Shown: piece by piece, positions 19,528 to 28,973 of the stretch
Numbering within the stretch: the stretch's first letter is position 1
How the letters are laid out: every line of letters starts with the position of its first letter
DNA from: an uncultured Clostridia bacterium
Lineage (GTDB): Bacteria > Bacillota > Clostridia > TANB77 > CAG-508
DNA length: 64,000 bases
Assembly (NCBI GenBank): GCA_948676835.1
Contig: CAPOZU010000007.1
Location: forward strand, 17,908 to 81,907
Direction of reading: 5' to 3'
The notes under the pieces: model-generated
Database searches by the model: none
Told to the model about the DNA's origin: nothing
Seen by the model: the letters and a program-made list of their open reading frames with translations, nothing else
Translations under genes and position numbers: made by a program

Positions 19528-20288
19528 TGAAAAAGAACTTTTTATTAGTATTTTTTTCAATTATAATAATTGTTTTTTCTTTTGTTATGCCTAATTTATT
19601 ACTTGGAGCAGAAGATGTAGCACGAGAAAAAGAAATTTTTATAAGACAGAAAAAACAAAATAAAAAAATTGATGTTCAAGCAGAAAAAATATATTTAGTA
19701 ACATTTATTCATGATATATATCAAATTAAAGATGAAAAAATATATAATGTAAAAACAAAATCTACTTCATATAGTGGACCTGTAACATCACGTATTGAGC
19801 AAGAATCTCCAACAGAAAAATTTAAAAATGAGATATCAAAATTAATTTCAAATGAAATATTAAATGAAATAAATTTTGATGAATATATAGATTACCTTGA
19901 AGTAGAAAACTATTTCCCGTTAGATTATATTGTTCGTTCATGTAGTATGCCAAAAGAAAACGGAGATTTTATTGAAATTAATGTTGAGCAAAAAACCGGA
20001 AAAATAATTAGTATTTATTTTTCAGAAAACTTTTTAAGAACAGATGCTGAAGTTGAAAAACAGCTTAGAAATTATGCAAAATATTTGGATTTAGATATAA
20101 TAGATGATTGGGAATTTCATAATAATATTTTAGAATCAGAAAAAGCACAATTAACTATTATGTTAGATAAAAAAGATAATTCTTATATGCTTACTATTGC
20201 TCCAATAGATATATATGATGAATATGTTGCAGAAGATACTGCATTTAGTCATGAATATGAAATTGTAGAATCAACCAAGAAAAAATAG
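19527..20288 (+). CDS. Membrane-anchored hypothetical protein co-transcribed with the two-component system
   Basis: The start ATG overlaps the kinase stop (ttaATGa). N-terminal TM helix. No family recognised. Confidence 0.55.
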   Translation: MKKNFLLVFFSIIIIVFSFVMPNLLLGAEDVAREKEIFIRQKKQNKKIDVQAEKIYLVTFIHDIYQIKDEKIYNVKTKSTSYSGPVTSRIEQESPTEKFKNEISKLISNEILNEINFDEYIDYLEVENYFPLDYIVRSCSMPKENGDFIEINVEQKTGKIISIYFSENFLRTDAEVEKQLRNYAKYLDLDIIDDWEFHNNILESEKAQLTIMLDKKDNSYMLTIAPIDIYDEYVAEDTAFSHEYEIVESTKKK

Positions 20289-20423
20289 ATACAACTCAGA
20301 TACAGTAAAACTACAACTTTGATACAATACAAATACAATTTAGATACCTGCGAGTGCTATATTAAATATAGCACTTTTAATTTGTTATTGACATAACAAA
20401 TTAAAACATTTTAGGAGGTATTT

Positions 20424-21140
20424 ATGGAATTTATTGCAAATGAAGGTAAGAAAGTTGAAATAGAAGTACAAGGAGAAAAATATCTAAGACATGCAATTAA
20501 AACACGATTTGTAAATCAAGGAGATAGTTATATAGATCTTTTTAGAGAATATGTAAGCCCTATATATGAATATGGAGACATTGTTTCAAGTAGTGAAAAG
20601 ATTATTGCACTATGCCAAAATAGAGTTGTAAAAAGGGAAGATATAAAAATTGGATTTTGGGCAAAATTTCTATCGAAGTTTGCTTGTCACAAAAATAGAG
20701 GTGGTTATGGTGTTGGAATGACTATAAATATGCAATATGCAATTAATAAAGTAGGACTTCCTAAAGTACTATTTGCAAGTATTATTGGAGGAATTACTAA
20801 ATTAATTGGAATTAAAGGGATGTTTTATAAAATTGTTGGACAAGAAGTTACAGGTTTAGATGGATTTTATGATGGAGCATGGGATGAATATAGAGATATA
20901 GGAATAGAAATACCAGAAAATCCAGATAAAGTTTGTAATGAAATAAAAGATAAACTTGGAATAAGTATGATGATAGTTGATTCAAATGATTTTGGACGTG
21001 AGATACTTGGAAAATCTTACGATATTGATTTACCAGATAATTATTTAAAAGAATTAATAAGAGATAACCCAGCAGGGCAAGGAAAACAACAAACTCCAAT
21101 TATATTGATAAGAAAAAGTAGTAACCAAATAAACAATTAA
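20424..21140 (+). CDS. CofE-like (F420-0:gamma-glutamyl ligase family fold) protein
   Basis: GDIVSSSEKIIALCQNRVVKREDIK resembles the PF01996 core. Strong RBS aggagg. Confidence 0.45.
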   Translation: MEFIANEGKKVEIEVQGEKYLRHAIKTRFVNQGDSYIDLFREYVSPIYEYGDIVSSSEKIIALCQNRVVKREDIKIGFWAKFLSKFACHKNRGGYGVGMTINMQYAINKVGLPKVLFASIIGGITKLIGIKGMFYKIVGQEVTGLDGFYDGAWDEYRDIGIEIPENPDKVCNEIKDKLGISMMIVDSNDFGREILGKSYDIDLPDNYLKELIRDNPAGQGKQQTPIILIRKSSNQINN

Positions 21141-21176
21141 TGTCAATATATTAGTAGAAGGGCATAGGGAGTTTTT

Positions 21177-21887
21177 ATGAAAAAAATAGTTGTAATTATA
21201 GTAATATGTATAATTTGCGGAATTATAAAAAATTATGGTAATACAAAAAAAGTGGAAAATATAATCAATAATGATATTATAAAAGAAAATGATAATGGTA
21301 TAAAAACAGAAGATAAGAAAAAAGAAATTGATGATTGGAGACTTGTTTTAGTAAATTATGAAAATACACTGCCAAAAAATTTTGAGCCAGAATTAAGTGA
21401 TATAGATAAAACAAGAAAATTTGATTCAAGAGCAATAGAATATTTAATGCAAATGCTTCAAGATATGAAATCTCAAGGATGTAAAAATATTTGGCCCCAA
21501 TCAACATATAGAAGTGTTGCAAGACAAGAAGAAATATTTAATAAAAAAGTTAATTCATACATAAGTATGGGAAAAACAAAAGAAGAGGCAGAAAAATTAA
21601 CTTTGCAAAAAATTAATAAACCAGGAACTAGTGAACACAATTTAGGATTAGCAGTAGATTTTAATAATGTTGATTATAATTTTGAAAAATCAAAAGAGTA
21701 TAAATGGTTAATGGAAAATGCTGAAAACTATGGATTTATACTTAGATATCCAAGAGAGAAAAAAGATATAACAAAAGTTGACTGCGAACCATGGCATTGG
21801 AGATATGTAGGTGAAGAACATGCTAAAAAAATGAATGAATTAAATATGTGTTTAGAAGAATATGTTGAATATTTGAAACAAAATTAA
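21177..21887 (+). CDS. D-alanyl-D-alanine carboxypeptidase, VanY/M15B family
   Basis: SEHNLGLAVDF and EPWHWRYVG zinc-ligand motifs. N-terminal membrane anchor. Confidence 0.85.
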   Translation: MKKIVVIIVICIICGIIKNYGNTKKVENIINNDIIKENDNGIKTEDKKKEIDDWRLVLVNYENTLPKNFEPELSDIDKTRKFDSRAIEYLMQMLQDMKSQGCKNIWPQSTYRSVARQEEIFNKKVNSYISMGKTKEEAEKLTLQKINKPGTSEHNLGLAVDFNNVDYNFEKSKEYKWLMENAENYGFILRYPREKKDITKVDCEPWHWRYVGEEHAKKMNELNMCLEEYVEYLKQN

Positions 21888-21894
21888 GAATAAA

Positions 21895-21930
21895 AAGTAA
21901 ACAGTTTATTGATAATTGTTTACTTTTTTG
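21895..21930 (+). terminator. Rho-independent terminator
   Basis: aagtaaaca / tgtttactt stem followed by tttttt. Confidence 0.6.
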
Positions 21931-22066
21931 ATAATATATAATTCTAAAATACAAGCAGTGTCAAGGTTTGCAACTTAAAGTAGCAAAGAAAATTTAAGTT
22001 GCAAATAATAGTTGGTAGAAAAAATATCTATGCAACTTTAAAATTGAATATAGGAGGTGTATAGAT

Positions 22067-22936
22067 ATGAGTTTTAGTGAAAACTTACAAGTATTAAGAA
22101 AAAAGAATAATATGTCACAAGAACAATTGGCAGAAAAACTTGAGGTATCAAGGCAAGCAGTATCAAAATGGGAAAGTGGAAATGGGTATCCAGAAACAGA
22201 TAAACTAATGTCTATTTGTGAAATATTTGAATGTAGTATTGATGAAATATTAAAAGGAAAGATTTCAGAAGATACTAATGAAGACAAAAAACAATATGAG
22301 AATCTAATGAATAGATTTAGCAAAGGTATGGCTATAGCTGTAGGACTTATATTAGTTGGTGTAACAATTTTTATGTATTTTGCGGGAATGGAGGAAAGAT
22401 ATTCTACAATTGGTCTTGTAATACTACTACTTTTTGTACTAATGGCAGTTCCAATATTTATAATATTAGGAATGGAGCAAGAAAATTATAAAAAGAAACA
22501 TCCTGTACTTCCAAATATGTACACAGAAGATGAAGTTGAAAAATTTAATTCTAAATTTGCAAAAGCTATAGCATTAGGAGTAGGATTAAATATATTAGGA
22601 GCGATACAATTAATTTTCTTATATGGAATGGAAATTTTTAATGATGAAAGTACAATACCAGTAGTTATTTTATTAGCATTAACAACCATTGCAGTTCCAA
22701 TATATATTTTTTACGGAATTCAAAAATCTAAATACGATATTGAGTTATATAATAAAATGACTTTAAAAAAACCAGATGATAAAGCAGGGAAAATTTGCGG
22801 TGTTATAATGTTAATTGCAACAATAATTTTCTTTTGTTTAGGTGCTTTTAGAAGTTTATGGCATATTGCTTGGATTGTATATCCAATAGGTGGATTAATA
22901 TGTGGTATTGTTTCAATAATACTTGAAAAAGATTAG
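22067..22936 (+). CDS. XRE-family HTH regulator with multi-pass membrane C-terminus
   Basis: LRKKNNMSQEQLAEKLEVSRQAVSKWESGNGYPE, then about 6 hydrophobic helices. Paralogous in architecture to 6455..7168. Confidence 0.8.
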   Translation: MSFSENLQVLRKKNNMSQEQLAEKLEVSRQAVSKWESGNGYPETDKLMSICEIFECSIDEILKGKISEDTNEDKKQYENLMNRFSKGMAIAVGLILVGVTIFMYFAGMEERYSTIGLVILLLFVLMAVPIFIILGMEQENYKKKHPVLPNMYTEDEVEKFNSKFAKAIALGVGLNILGAIQLIFLYGMEIFNDESTIPVVILLALTTIAVPIYIFYGIQKSKYDIELYNKMTLKKPDDKAGKICGVIMLIATIIFFCLGAFRSLWHIAWIVYPIGGLICGIVSIILEKD

Positions 22937-22991
22937 TTTAAAAGCTAATCTTTTTTTGTATAAAACGAAATTTCTTGAAGAAAATAACCTT

Positions 22992-23945
22992 ATGAGAAAA
23001 AAAGTTTTTATTAAAAATCCTGAAATTTTTCAAGGTGAAAAATATTTAAATACAAATAAAAATTATTTTGAAGGATGGTATTTTAAATGTAATAACAGTG
23101 AAGAAGGAATTTCGTTCATTCCAGGTATAAATATAGAAGAAAACGATAAAAAAGCTTTTATACAAGTAATTACAAATGAAGAATCTTATTTTATAAATTA
23201 CAATATTAATGATTTTAAATTTAAAGCCAAACCTTTTGAAATTCAAATTGGAAAAAATAGTTTTTCTAAAAGTGGTATAAATATAGACATTAAAGATGAT
23301 TCACAAAAACTTGTAATCAAAGGAAATGTTAAGTTTTCAAATAGAAGAAATATTGAAACTAGTTTGCTAAATCCTAATATAATGGGACCATTTTCTTATA
23401 TTCCTTTTATGGAATGCAATCACGCAATACTTTGTATGAAAAATACTACAAATGGCACTATTAATATTAATGATAAGATAATAGATTTAAAAAACGCTAC
23501 TGGATATATTGAAAAAGATTGGGGATGTTCTTTTCCTAAAAGATATATTTGGTGTCAAGGAAATAATTTTTCTAAAGAAAATATTAGTTTTATGCTTGCA
23601 ATAGCAGATGTTCCTTTTGGGTTATTTGATTTTAGAGGAATTATTTGCGATTTGATAATAGATAAAGTTGAATATAAATTTGCAACATATAATAATACAA
23701 AGATTTTAGAATATATAATAAATGATGATAATGTAATTATAAATTTAAAAAAGAAAAATTGTTATTTGAATTTAAAAGTAATTTATGATAAAGGAAATAA
23801 ATTATCAGCACCAGTAAAAGGAAAAATGTCAAAGGATATTTTTGAGAGTATTTCATCAATAATTCAAGTAACTCTAATAAAAGACAATAAAATTATTTTT
23901 TCTGATACAAGCAAAAATTGTGGGTTAGAAATAGTTAAAAATTAA
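22992..23945 (+). CDS. Tocopherol cyclase-like family protein
   Basis: N-terminal NYFEGWYFK motif is typical of bacterial tocopherol-cyclase-like proteins. ATG 22992 lies after terminator hairpin 22931-22957, so the longer ORF from 22923 is unlikely. Confidence 0.45.
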   Translation: MRKKVFIKNPEIFQGEKYLNTNKNYFEGWYFKCNNSEEGISFIPGINIEENDKKAFIQVITNEESYFINYNINDFKFKAKPFEIQIGKNSFSKSGINIDIKDDSQKLVIKGNVKFSNRRNIETSLLNPNIMGPFSYIPFMECNHAILCMKNTTNGTININDKIIDLKNATGYIEKDWGCSFPKRYIWCQGNNFSKENISFMLAIADVPFGLFDFRGIICDLIIDKVEYKFATYNNTKILEYIINDDNVIINLKKKNCYLNLKVIYDKGNKLSAPVKGKMSKDIFESISSIIQVTLIKDNKIIFSDTSKNCGLEIVKN

Positions 23946-24029
23946 ATTATAAATTTGACAAAAATATGAAATTATACTATGCTTTAAAAGTATAATCTCG
24001 TATTTTTTTATATAAAAGGAGGGTGCCAA

Positions 24030-24647
24030 ATGAATAAAATTATAACAATAAGTAGAGAGTTTGGAAGTGGAGGAAAGGAAGTAGGTAAAAGATTAGCAGA
24101 CGAGCTTGAAATTGCATATTATGATGAAGAAATTATAACTAAGCTTGCAAAAGAAACCGGAATGTCTGAAGAATATATCCAAAATATTTCTGAAAAAGGA
24201 ATATATCCTCAAAGTTTTAATTTTGGAAGAACATTTACAAGGTTTGGCGTGCTTCAAAGCAATCAAACTGAAATATTAGTAAAACAACAAGAAATAATCA
24301 AAAAAATTGCTGAAAAAGGAAATTGTATTATTGTTGGTAGAGGCGCAGATGTTATTTTAAGAGATTATAATACATTAAATATATTTGTTTACAGCGATAT
24401 GGAATCAAAAATTAATCGTTGCAAAATGAAAGCACCAGAAAATGAAAATTTAAGTGAAAAAGAATTAGAGAAAAAAATTGTGCAAGTAGATAAAAATAGA
24501 AAGAAATTTCATGAATTAATATCAAACTTAGAATGGGGAGATAAGAAAAATTATCATCTTTGCATAAATACAGCAGGACTTGAGATAAAAGAAATAATTC
24601 CTGCACTTACTGAATATATACGAGAATGGTTTAGGAGGAAAATATAA
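24030..24647 (+). CDS. Cytidylate kinase-like family protein
   Basis: ITISREFGSGGKEVGKRLADELEIAYYDEEI is the usual N-terminus of this family. Confidence 0.75.
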   Translation: MNKIITISREFGSGGKEVGKRLADELEIAYYDEEIITKLAKETGMSEEYIQNISEKGIYPQSFNFGRTFTRFGVLQSNQTEILVKQQEIIKKIAEKGNCIIVGRGADVILRDYNTLNIFVYSDMESKINRCKMKAPENENLSEKELEKKIVQVDKNRKKFHELISNLEWGDKKNYHLCINTAGLEIKEIIPALTEYIREWFRRKI

Positions 24648-24649
24648 AA

Positions 24650-25981
24650 ATGAGAATACAATTATCAGAACATTTTACATATAAAAAATTAATAAAATTT
24701 ACAATACCAACTATTATAATGATGATATTTACGTCAATTTATGGAATAGTAGATGGAATATTTGTATCAAATTGTGTTGGTGCAAAACCTTTTGCAGCTT
24801 TAAATTTAATTTATCCTGCATTAATGGTTTTAGGAACTATTGGATTCATGGTAGGTACTGGAGGTAGTGCCTTAGTTTCTAAAACAATGGGAGAAGGAGA
24901 TAAGAAAAAAGCAAATGAATATTTTTCAATGCTAATATATCTATTAATAATTATGAGTATTATATTTACAGTTTTAGGAGCAATATTTATAAAACCAATA
25001 GCAAAACTTTTAGGAGCAGATGAAAGTATGCTTGCAGACTGTATAATTTATGGTAGAACTTTAATGTTTTTTCTAGTTCCATTTGCTTTGCAGAACTCTT
25101 TTCAAAGTTTTCTAATTGTTGCAGAAAAACCAACTTTTGGATTAATTGTTTCTATAGCAGCAGGAGTTACTAATATGATATTAGATTTTCTTTTTGTATA
25201 TGTTTTGAAAATGGGATTGTTTGGTGCTGCTCTTGCAACAGGAATAAGTCAAGTTGTTGGTGCAATTATTCCACTAATTTATTTTATAAGAAATAAAGAT
25301 AATACATTAAAATTAACAAAAGCAAAATTTGATTTAAAAGCAATTTTGCAAACCTGTGCAAATGGTTCATCAGAAATGCTAACAAACTTATCTATGTCTC
25401 TTGTTACTATATTATATAATATGCAACTTATGAAATATGCAGGAGCAGACGGAGTTGTAGCTTATGGAATTATAATGTATGTAAGTTTTATATTTGTGGG
25501 AACATATTTAGGATATTCAATTGGTACAGCTCCTATTATTGGATATCATTATGGAGCTGGAAATACTGATGAATTAAAATGTTTATTAAAGAAAAGCTTA
25601 ATATTAATTGGAGTAACAGCAATAATTATGACTGGACTTGCTGAGATTTTATCAGAGGTGTTAGCATCAATATTTGTTAGTTATGATAAAGAGTTATTAG
25701 AAATGACAACAATAGCAATACGTCTATTCTCATTATCTTTTATAGTTAGTGGATTTAATATTTTTGCTTCATCATTTTTTACAGCTTTAAACAATGGATT
25801 TGTTTCAGCAACAATATCATTTTTAAGAACTTTAGTATTTCAAGTTGCTGTAATAATTATACTTCCATTACTTTTTGGGTTAAATGGAATTTGGTTTGCT
25901 GTTGTGATAGCTGAAATTTTGGCATTAATTGTTAGCATTACATTTTTAATTTGTAATAGAAAAAAATATAAATATGCATAG
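24650..25981 (+). CDS. MATE family efflux transporter
   Basis: 443 aa, 12 predicted TM helices, with an N-terminal pattern (KLIKFTIPTIIMMIFTSIYGIVDGIFV) typical of MATE. Confidence 0.85.
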   Translation: MRIQLSEHFTYKKLIKFTIPTIIMMIFTSIYGIVDGIFVSNCVGAKPFAALNLIYPALMVLGTIGFMVGTGGSALVSKTMGEGDKKKANEYFSMLIYLLIIMSIIFTVLGAIFIKPIAKLLGADESMLADCIIYGRTLMFFLVPFALQNSFQSFLIVAEKPTFGLIVSIAAGVTNMILDFLFVYVLKMGLFGAALATGISQVVGAIIPLIYFIRNKDNTLKLTKAKFDLKAILQTCANGSSEMLTNLSMSLVTILYNMQLMKYAGADGVVAYGIIMYVSFIFVGTYLGYSIGTAPIIGYHYGAGNTDELKCLLKKSLILIGVTAIIMTGLAEILSEVLASIFVSYDKELLEMTTIAIRLFSLSFIVSGFNIFASSFFTALNNGFVSATISFLRTLVFQVAVIIILPLLFGLNGIWFAVVIAEILALIVSITFLICNRKKYKYA

Positions 25982-25987
25982 GAAAAA

Positions 25988-26016
25988 GGAGACCTTGAGA
26001 GGTCTCCACTTTTTTG
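25988..26016. terminator. Bidirectional terminator
   Basis: ggagacc-ttgaga-ggtctcc followed by tttttt. Lies between convergent genes. Confidence 0.75.
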
Positions 26017-26025
26017 CCCAAAGTA

Positions 26026-26997
26026 TTAGATTACTTTTTGAATTCTCGAAATCATGATTTCAAAAATATTGTCTAAATTTCCTACTGCTGTAAAACCTGC
26101 TGAGTAGCTGTGTCCGCCACCTTTAATGAATTTTCCTTCAGCTACAAGCTCACTACAGATTGCATTTAAATCCACATTAGAATTTAAAGCACGCATTGAA
26201 CCTTTCCACTGTCCTTTATCATTCATTATTGCAAAAATCAAAAAATCATATTCTATAGACTTTTGAAGTTCTGCAATAATAGATTTATGATTTACAGTAT
26301 TCAGATTTCTTTCAGAAGCTAACAAATCTTCTTGAGTCAAGTAAGTACAGAAAATTGAATCAGAGAAAAATCCTCTATCTTTAGCAATTTTGGCAAGTTT
26401 TATAGTACGATCGCTTGGAGATGTAAGTTTGTGTACAATAAAGTCCACATCTACACTAAATTCACTCAAAGATTTGATAATCTCTTTACCTTTATTACTT
26501 GTGTTCAAGGTTAAATTGTTTGTATCAGAAATTAAACCAGTTGCAACACATGTAAGGAAGTTCCTGTTTGTAGAGTAAAAAGTTTCATAAATAATGCAGG
26601 TGCAAGAAGGAGCGTTATGATCAATAATACCATAATTAAAAGGAATTGTAGTTTCATCATGATGATCGAAACAGATAATACAATCAGAACGCTTCAAAAT
26701 ATCTTCACCTTCAAGTAAATGCATGCAAGCAACATCAACAACAATTACCACATCATATTTCTCTTTTGAAGGGTATGTCTTTAAATACTCGATACCTGGA
26801 ATAAATGAGAAATCATCAAGAAATTCAGGGATAATAACATCAATATTATCTTCCTGTTTTCCAGTACTAATAAGATGCCAAAGAACAGCTAAGCTACTGG
26901 AAATTGCATCTCCATCAGGCCGAGTATGTGTGATAATTGCAAAAGTTTCTGCTGTAGAAAAAATGTTGGATAAGTTTTCAGTTGAAATAGTATCCAT
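26026..26997 (-). CDS. nrnA: DHH/DHHA1 phosphoesterase, NrnA-like (oligoribonuclease/pAp phosphatase family)
   Basis: HTRPDGDAISSSLA, CFDHHDE and GGGHSYSAG motifs. RBS aaaggagg 9 nt before ATG at 26997. GC-richer than the flanks. Confidence 0.75.
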   Translation of the reverse strand: MDTISTENLSNIFSTAETFAIITHTRPDGDAISSSLAVLWHLISTGKQEDNIDVIIPEFLDDFSFIPGIEYLKTYPSKEKYDVVIVVDVACMHLLEGEDILKRSDCIICFDHHDETTIPFNYGIIDHNAPSCTCIIYETFYSTNRNFLTCVATGLISDTNNLTLNTSNKGKEIIKSLSEFSVDVDFIVHKLTSPSDRTIKLAKIAKDRGFFSDSIFCTYLTQEDLLASERNLNTVNHKSIIAELQKSIEYDFLIFAIMNDKGQWKGSMRALNSNVDLNAICSELVAEGKFIKGGGHSYSAGFTAVGNLDNIFEIMISRIQKVI

Positions 26998-27058
26998 ATA
27001 AAAGACCTCCTTTAAGTTTTTCGGGTAACATAATAACATGAAAAGATGGAATTGTAAA

Positions 27059-27125
27059 GTGAAATTTAGGAATGCTCGAAAATTTCATTTTTAAACTTTG
27101 ATGAAATTTAAGGACGTTTGAAAAG
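27059..27125. repeat. Two adjacent copies of the GTGAAATTTAGG palindromic repeat
   Basis: gtgaaatttaggaatgctcgaaaatttca (27059-27087) and gatgaaatttaaggacgtttgaaaag (27100-27125). Confidence 0.6.
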
Positions 27126-27220
27126 TTTTATTATTAAGAAAGATTTAAGAAAAAAATTTTATAATAAATGCTATAATTTTATTTGAAAAGGTAAATATAA
27201 TTATAGGAGATATTTAATTT

Positions 27221-27727
27221 ATGAAAAATAAAAATAAATTAACAAGTATTTTGCTTGGGATATATGTAATACTTATAAGTTGGATTATTGTATTTAAAAT
27301 GCAATTTAATTTTGAACATTTGCCATATATTCGTTCAATTAATTTAATTCCATTTGGAGAATCCGTTATTATAAATGGAAAAATATATTTTGGAGAAATA
27401 ATAAATAATTTAATAGTATTCATTCCAGTTGGTTTATATTTAGGAATGATATGGAAAGACAAAAAGTTTATTAAAAAAGTTATGCCAATACTATCATTAA
27501 CTTTAATTTATGAAATGTTACAATATATATTTCATGTAGGTGCGACTGATATAACAGATGTTATTATGAATACTTTGGGTGGAATTATAGGAATTTTAGT
27601 TATTAATTGTTTATATAAAATATTTAAAAATAATGAAAAAGTAGATAAAATTTTAAATATTTTAGCAACAATTTGTACTTTGGGAGTAGTTTGTTTAATA
27701 ATAGTTTTGATAGTTTGTAACTTGTGA
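27221..27727 (+). CDS. VanZ family protein
   Basis: 4-TM small protein with INLIPF and DITDVIMNTLGGIIG motifs typical of VanZ. Confidence 0.75.
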   Translation: MKNKNKLTSILLGIYVILISWIIVFKMQFNFEHLPYIRSINLIPFGESVIINGKIYFGEIINNLIVFIPVGLYLGMIWKDKKFIKKVMPILSLTLIYEMLQYIFHVGATDITDVIMNTLGGIIGILVINCLYKIFKNNEKVDKILNILATICTLGVVCLIIVLIVCNL

Positions 27728-27738
27728 GGAGGAATATT

Positions 27739-28281
27739 TTGAGTTTAATAATTTTTATAATTATTTATATATTCATTTATTTTATGTTTTTAAAAAATAA
27801 AGAAAAATTGCAAATCTTAAAAATATCAATGATGTATTTTTATTTATGTGCAGTTCTTTTTGTAACAATACTTCCAATCGATTTTACATTAGATTTAAAA
27901 TGGGAATATCACAGCTCTGTTAAAGTAACTTACATACATTTGAAGCCATTTAATGATTTAATTATGGGATATAGAGGAGCTGTAAAGCAAATTATTTTAA
28001 ATATAATAATGACAATTCCTTTTGGATTTTTATGTTGTATTTTAAAAAAGAATAGCACAATTATAGGAGTTACATTAAAAACGTTTATACTAAGTTTTTC
28101 AATAGAATTTTTACAGTTAATTATGACTATATTTTTATTGCATCATAGAAGCTGTGATGTAACAGATTTAATTACCAATGTAATTGGAGGAATAATAGGA
28201 TTTATATTGTATAAATTAATTAGATGGATTATTAATAAGAAAGGAATTATAGTATTATGGACGAAAAAGAAAAGATGTTAG
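27739..28281 (+). CDS. VanZ family protein (second copy)
   Basis: LKPFNDL and DVTDLITNVIGGIIGF motifs. RBS gaggagg favours TTG 27739; GTG 27724 is the alternative. Confidence 0.7.
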   Translation: MSLIIFIIIYIFIYFMFLKNKEKLQILKISMMYFYLCAVLFVTILPIDFTLDLKWEYHSSVKVTYIHLKPFNDLIMGYRGAVKQIILNIIMTIPFGFLCCILKKNSTIIGVTLKTFILSFSIEFLQLIMTIFLLHHRSCDVTDLITNVIGGIIGFILYKLIRWIINKKGIIVLWTKKKRC

Positions 28282-28820
28282 CAGGAAAGCTTTATGATGC
28301 AAATTATAATGAAGATTTAATGAAAGAAAGACTTATGGTTAAAGATAAGTGCTTTGAATATAATAATATAAAACCTTCTAAAATAGAAGAAAGAACAGAA
28401 ATTATGAAACAAATATTAGGGAAAACAGGAAATCAATTTTTGATTGAACAACCTTTTATTTGTGACTATGGTTATAATATTGAAGTTGGAGAGAATTTTT
28501 ATTCAAATCATAACTTAGTTATACTAGATGCAAATAAAGTTAAATTTGGAGACAATGTTTTTATAGCACCAAATTGTGGATTTTATACAGCAGGACATCC
28601 TTTAGATTATGAAACAAGAAATAAAGGATTAGAATACGCAAAACCAATAGAAGTTGGAAATAATGTATGGATTGGCGGAAATGTGGTTGTTCTTCCAGGA
28701 GTTAAAATAGGAGATAATGTTGTAATTGGAGCTGGAAGTATAGTTACAAAAGATATTCCATCAAATTCAGTAGCTGTTGGAAATCCTTGCAGAGTTATAA
28801 AAGAATTAAAATATATGTAG
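28257..28820 (+). CDS. maa: Sugar O-acetyltransferase (maltose/galactoside acetyltransferase family, LbH)
   Basis: MLAGKLYDANYNEDLMKER N-terminal Mac domain and hexapeptide repeats (VWIGGNVVVLPGVKIGDNVVIGAGSIV). Confidence 0.85.
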   Translation: MDEKEKMLAGKLYDANYNEDLMKERLMVKDKCFEYNNIKPSKIEERTEIMKQILGKTGNQFLIEQPFICDYGYNIEVGENFYSNHNLVILDANKVKFGDNVFIAPNCGFYTAGHPLDYETRNKGLEYAKPIEVGNNVWIGGNVVVLPGVKIGDNVVIGAGSIVTKDIPSNSVAVGNPCRVIKELKYM

Positions 28821-28884
28821 CTTCTGAATTTATTTAATAAATTCAGAATTTCACTAACTGTAACAGGCATAGCCTTAACAGTTA

Positions 28885-28915
28885 GTGAAATTTAGGGACG
28901 CTCGAAAAAATTCAC
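28885..28915. repeat. GTGAAATTTAGG palindromic repeat copy
   Basis: gtgaaatttagggacgctcgaaaaaattcac, directly after hairpin ttcactaactgt...acagttagtgaa (28850-28889). Confidence 0.6.
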
Positions 28916-28973
28916 TTGTAATAATAAGAAAAATGTTATATAATATTACCTAATATTTAAAAAAGGAGTAAAT

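Noticed and set aside
22923-22991. Longer start (22923) for the tocopherol-cyclase-like gene
   Set aside because: The extension overlaps the upstream gene and spans its terminator hairpin (22931-22957). ATG 22992 is the plausible start.
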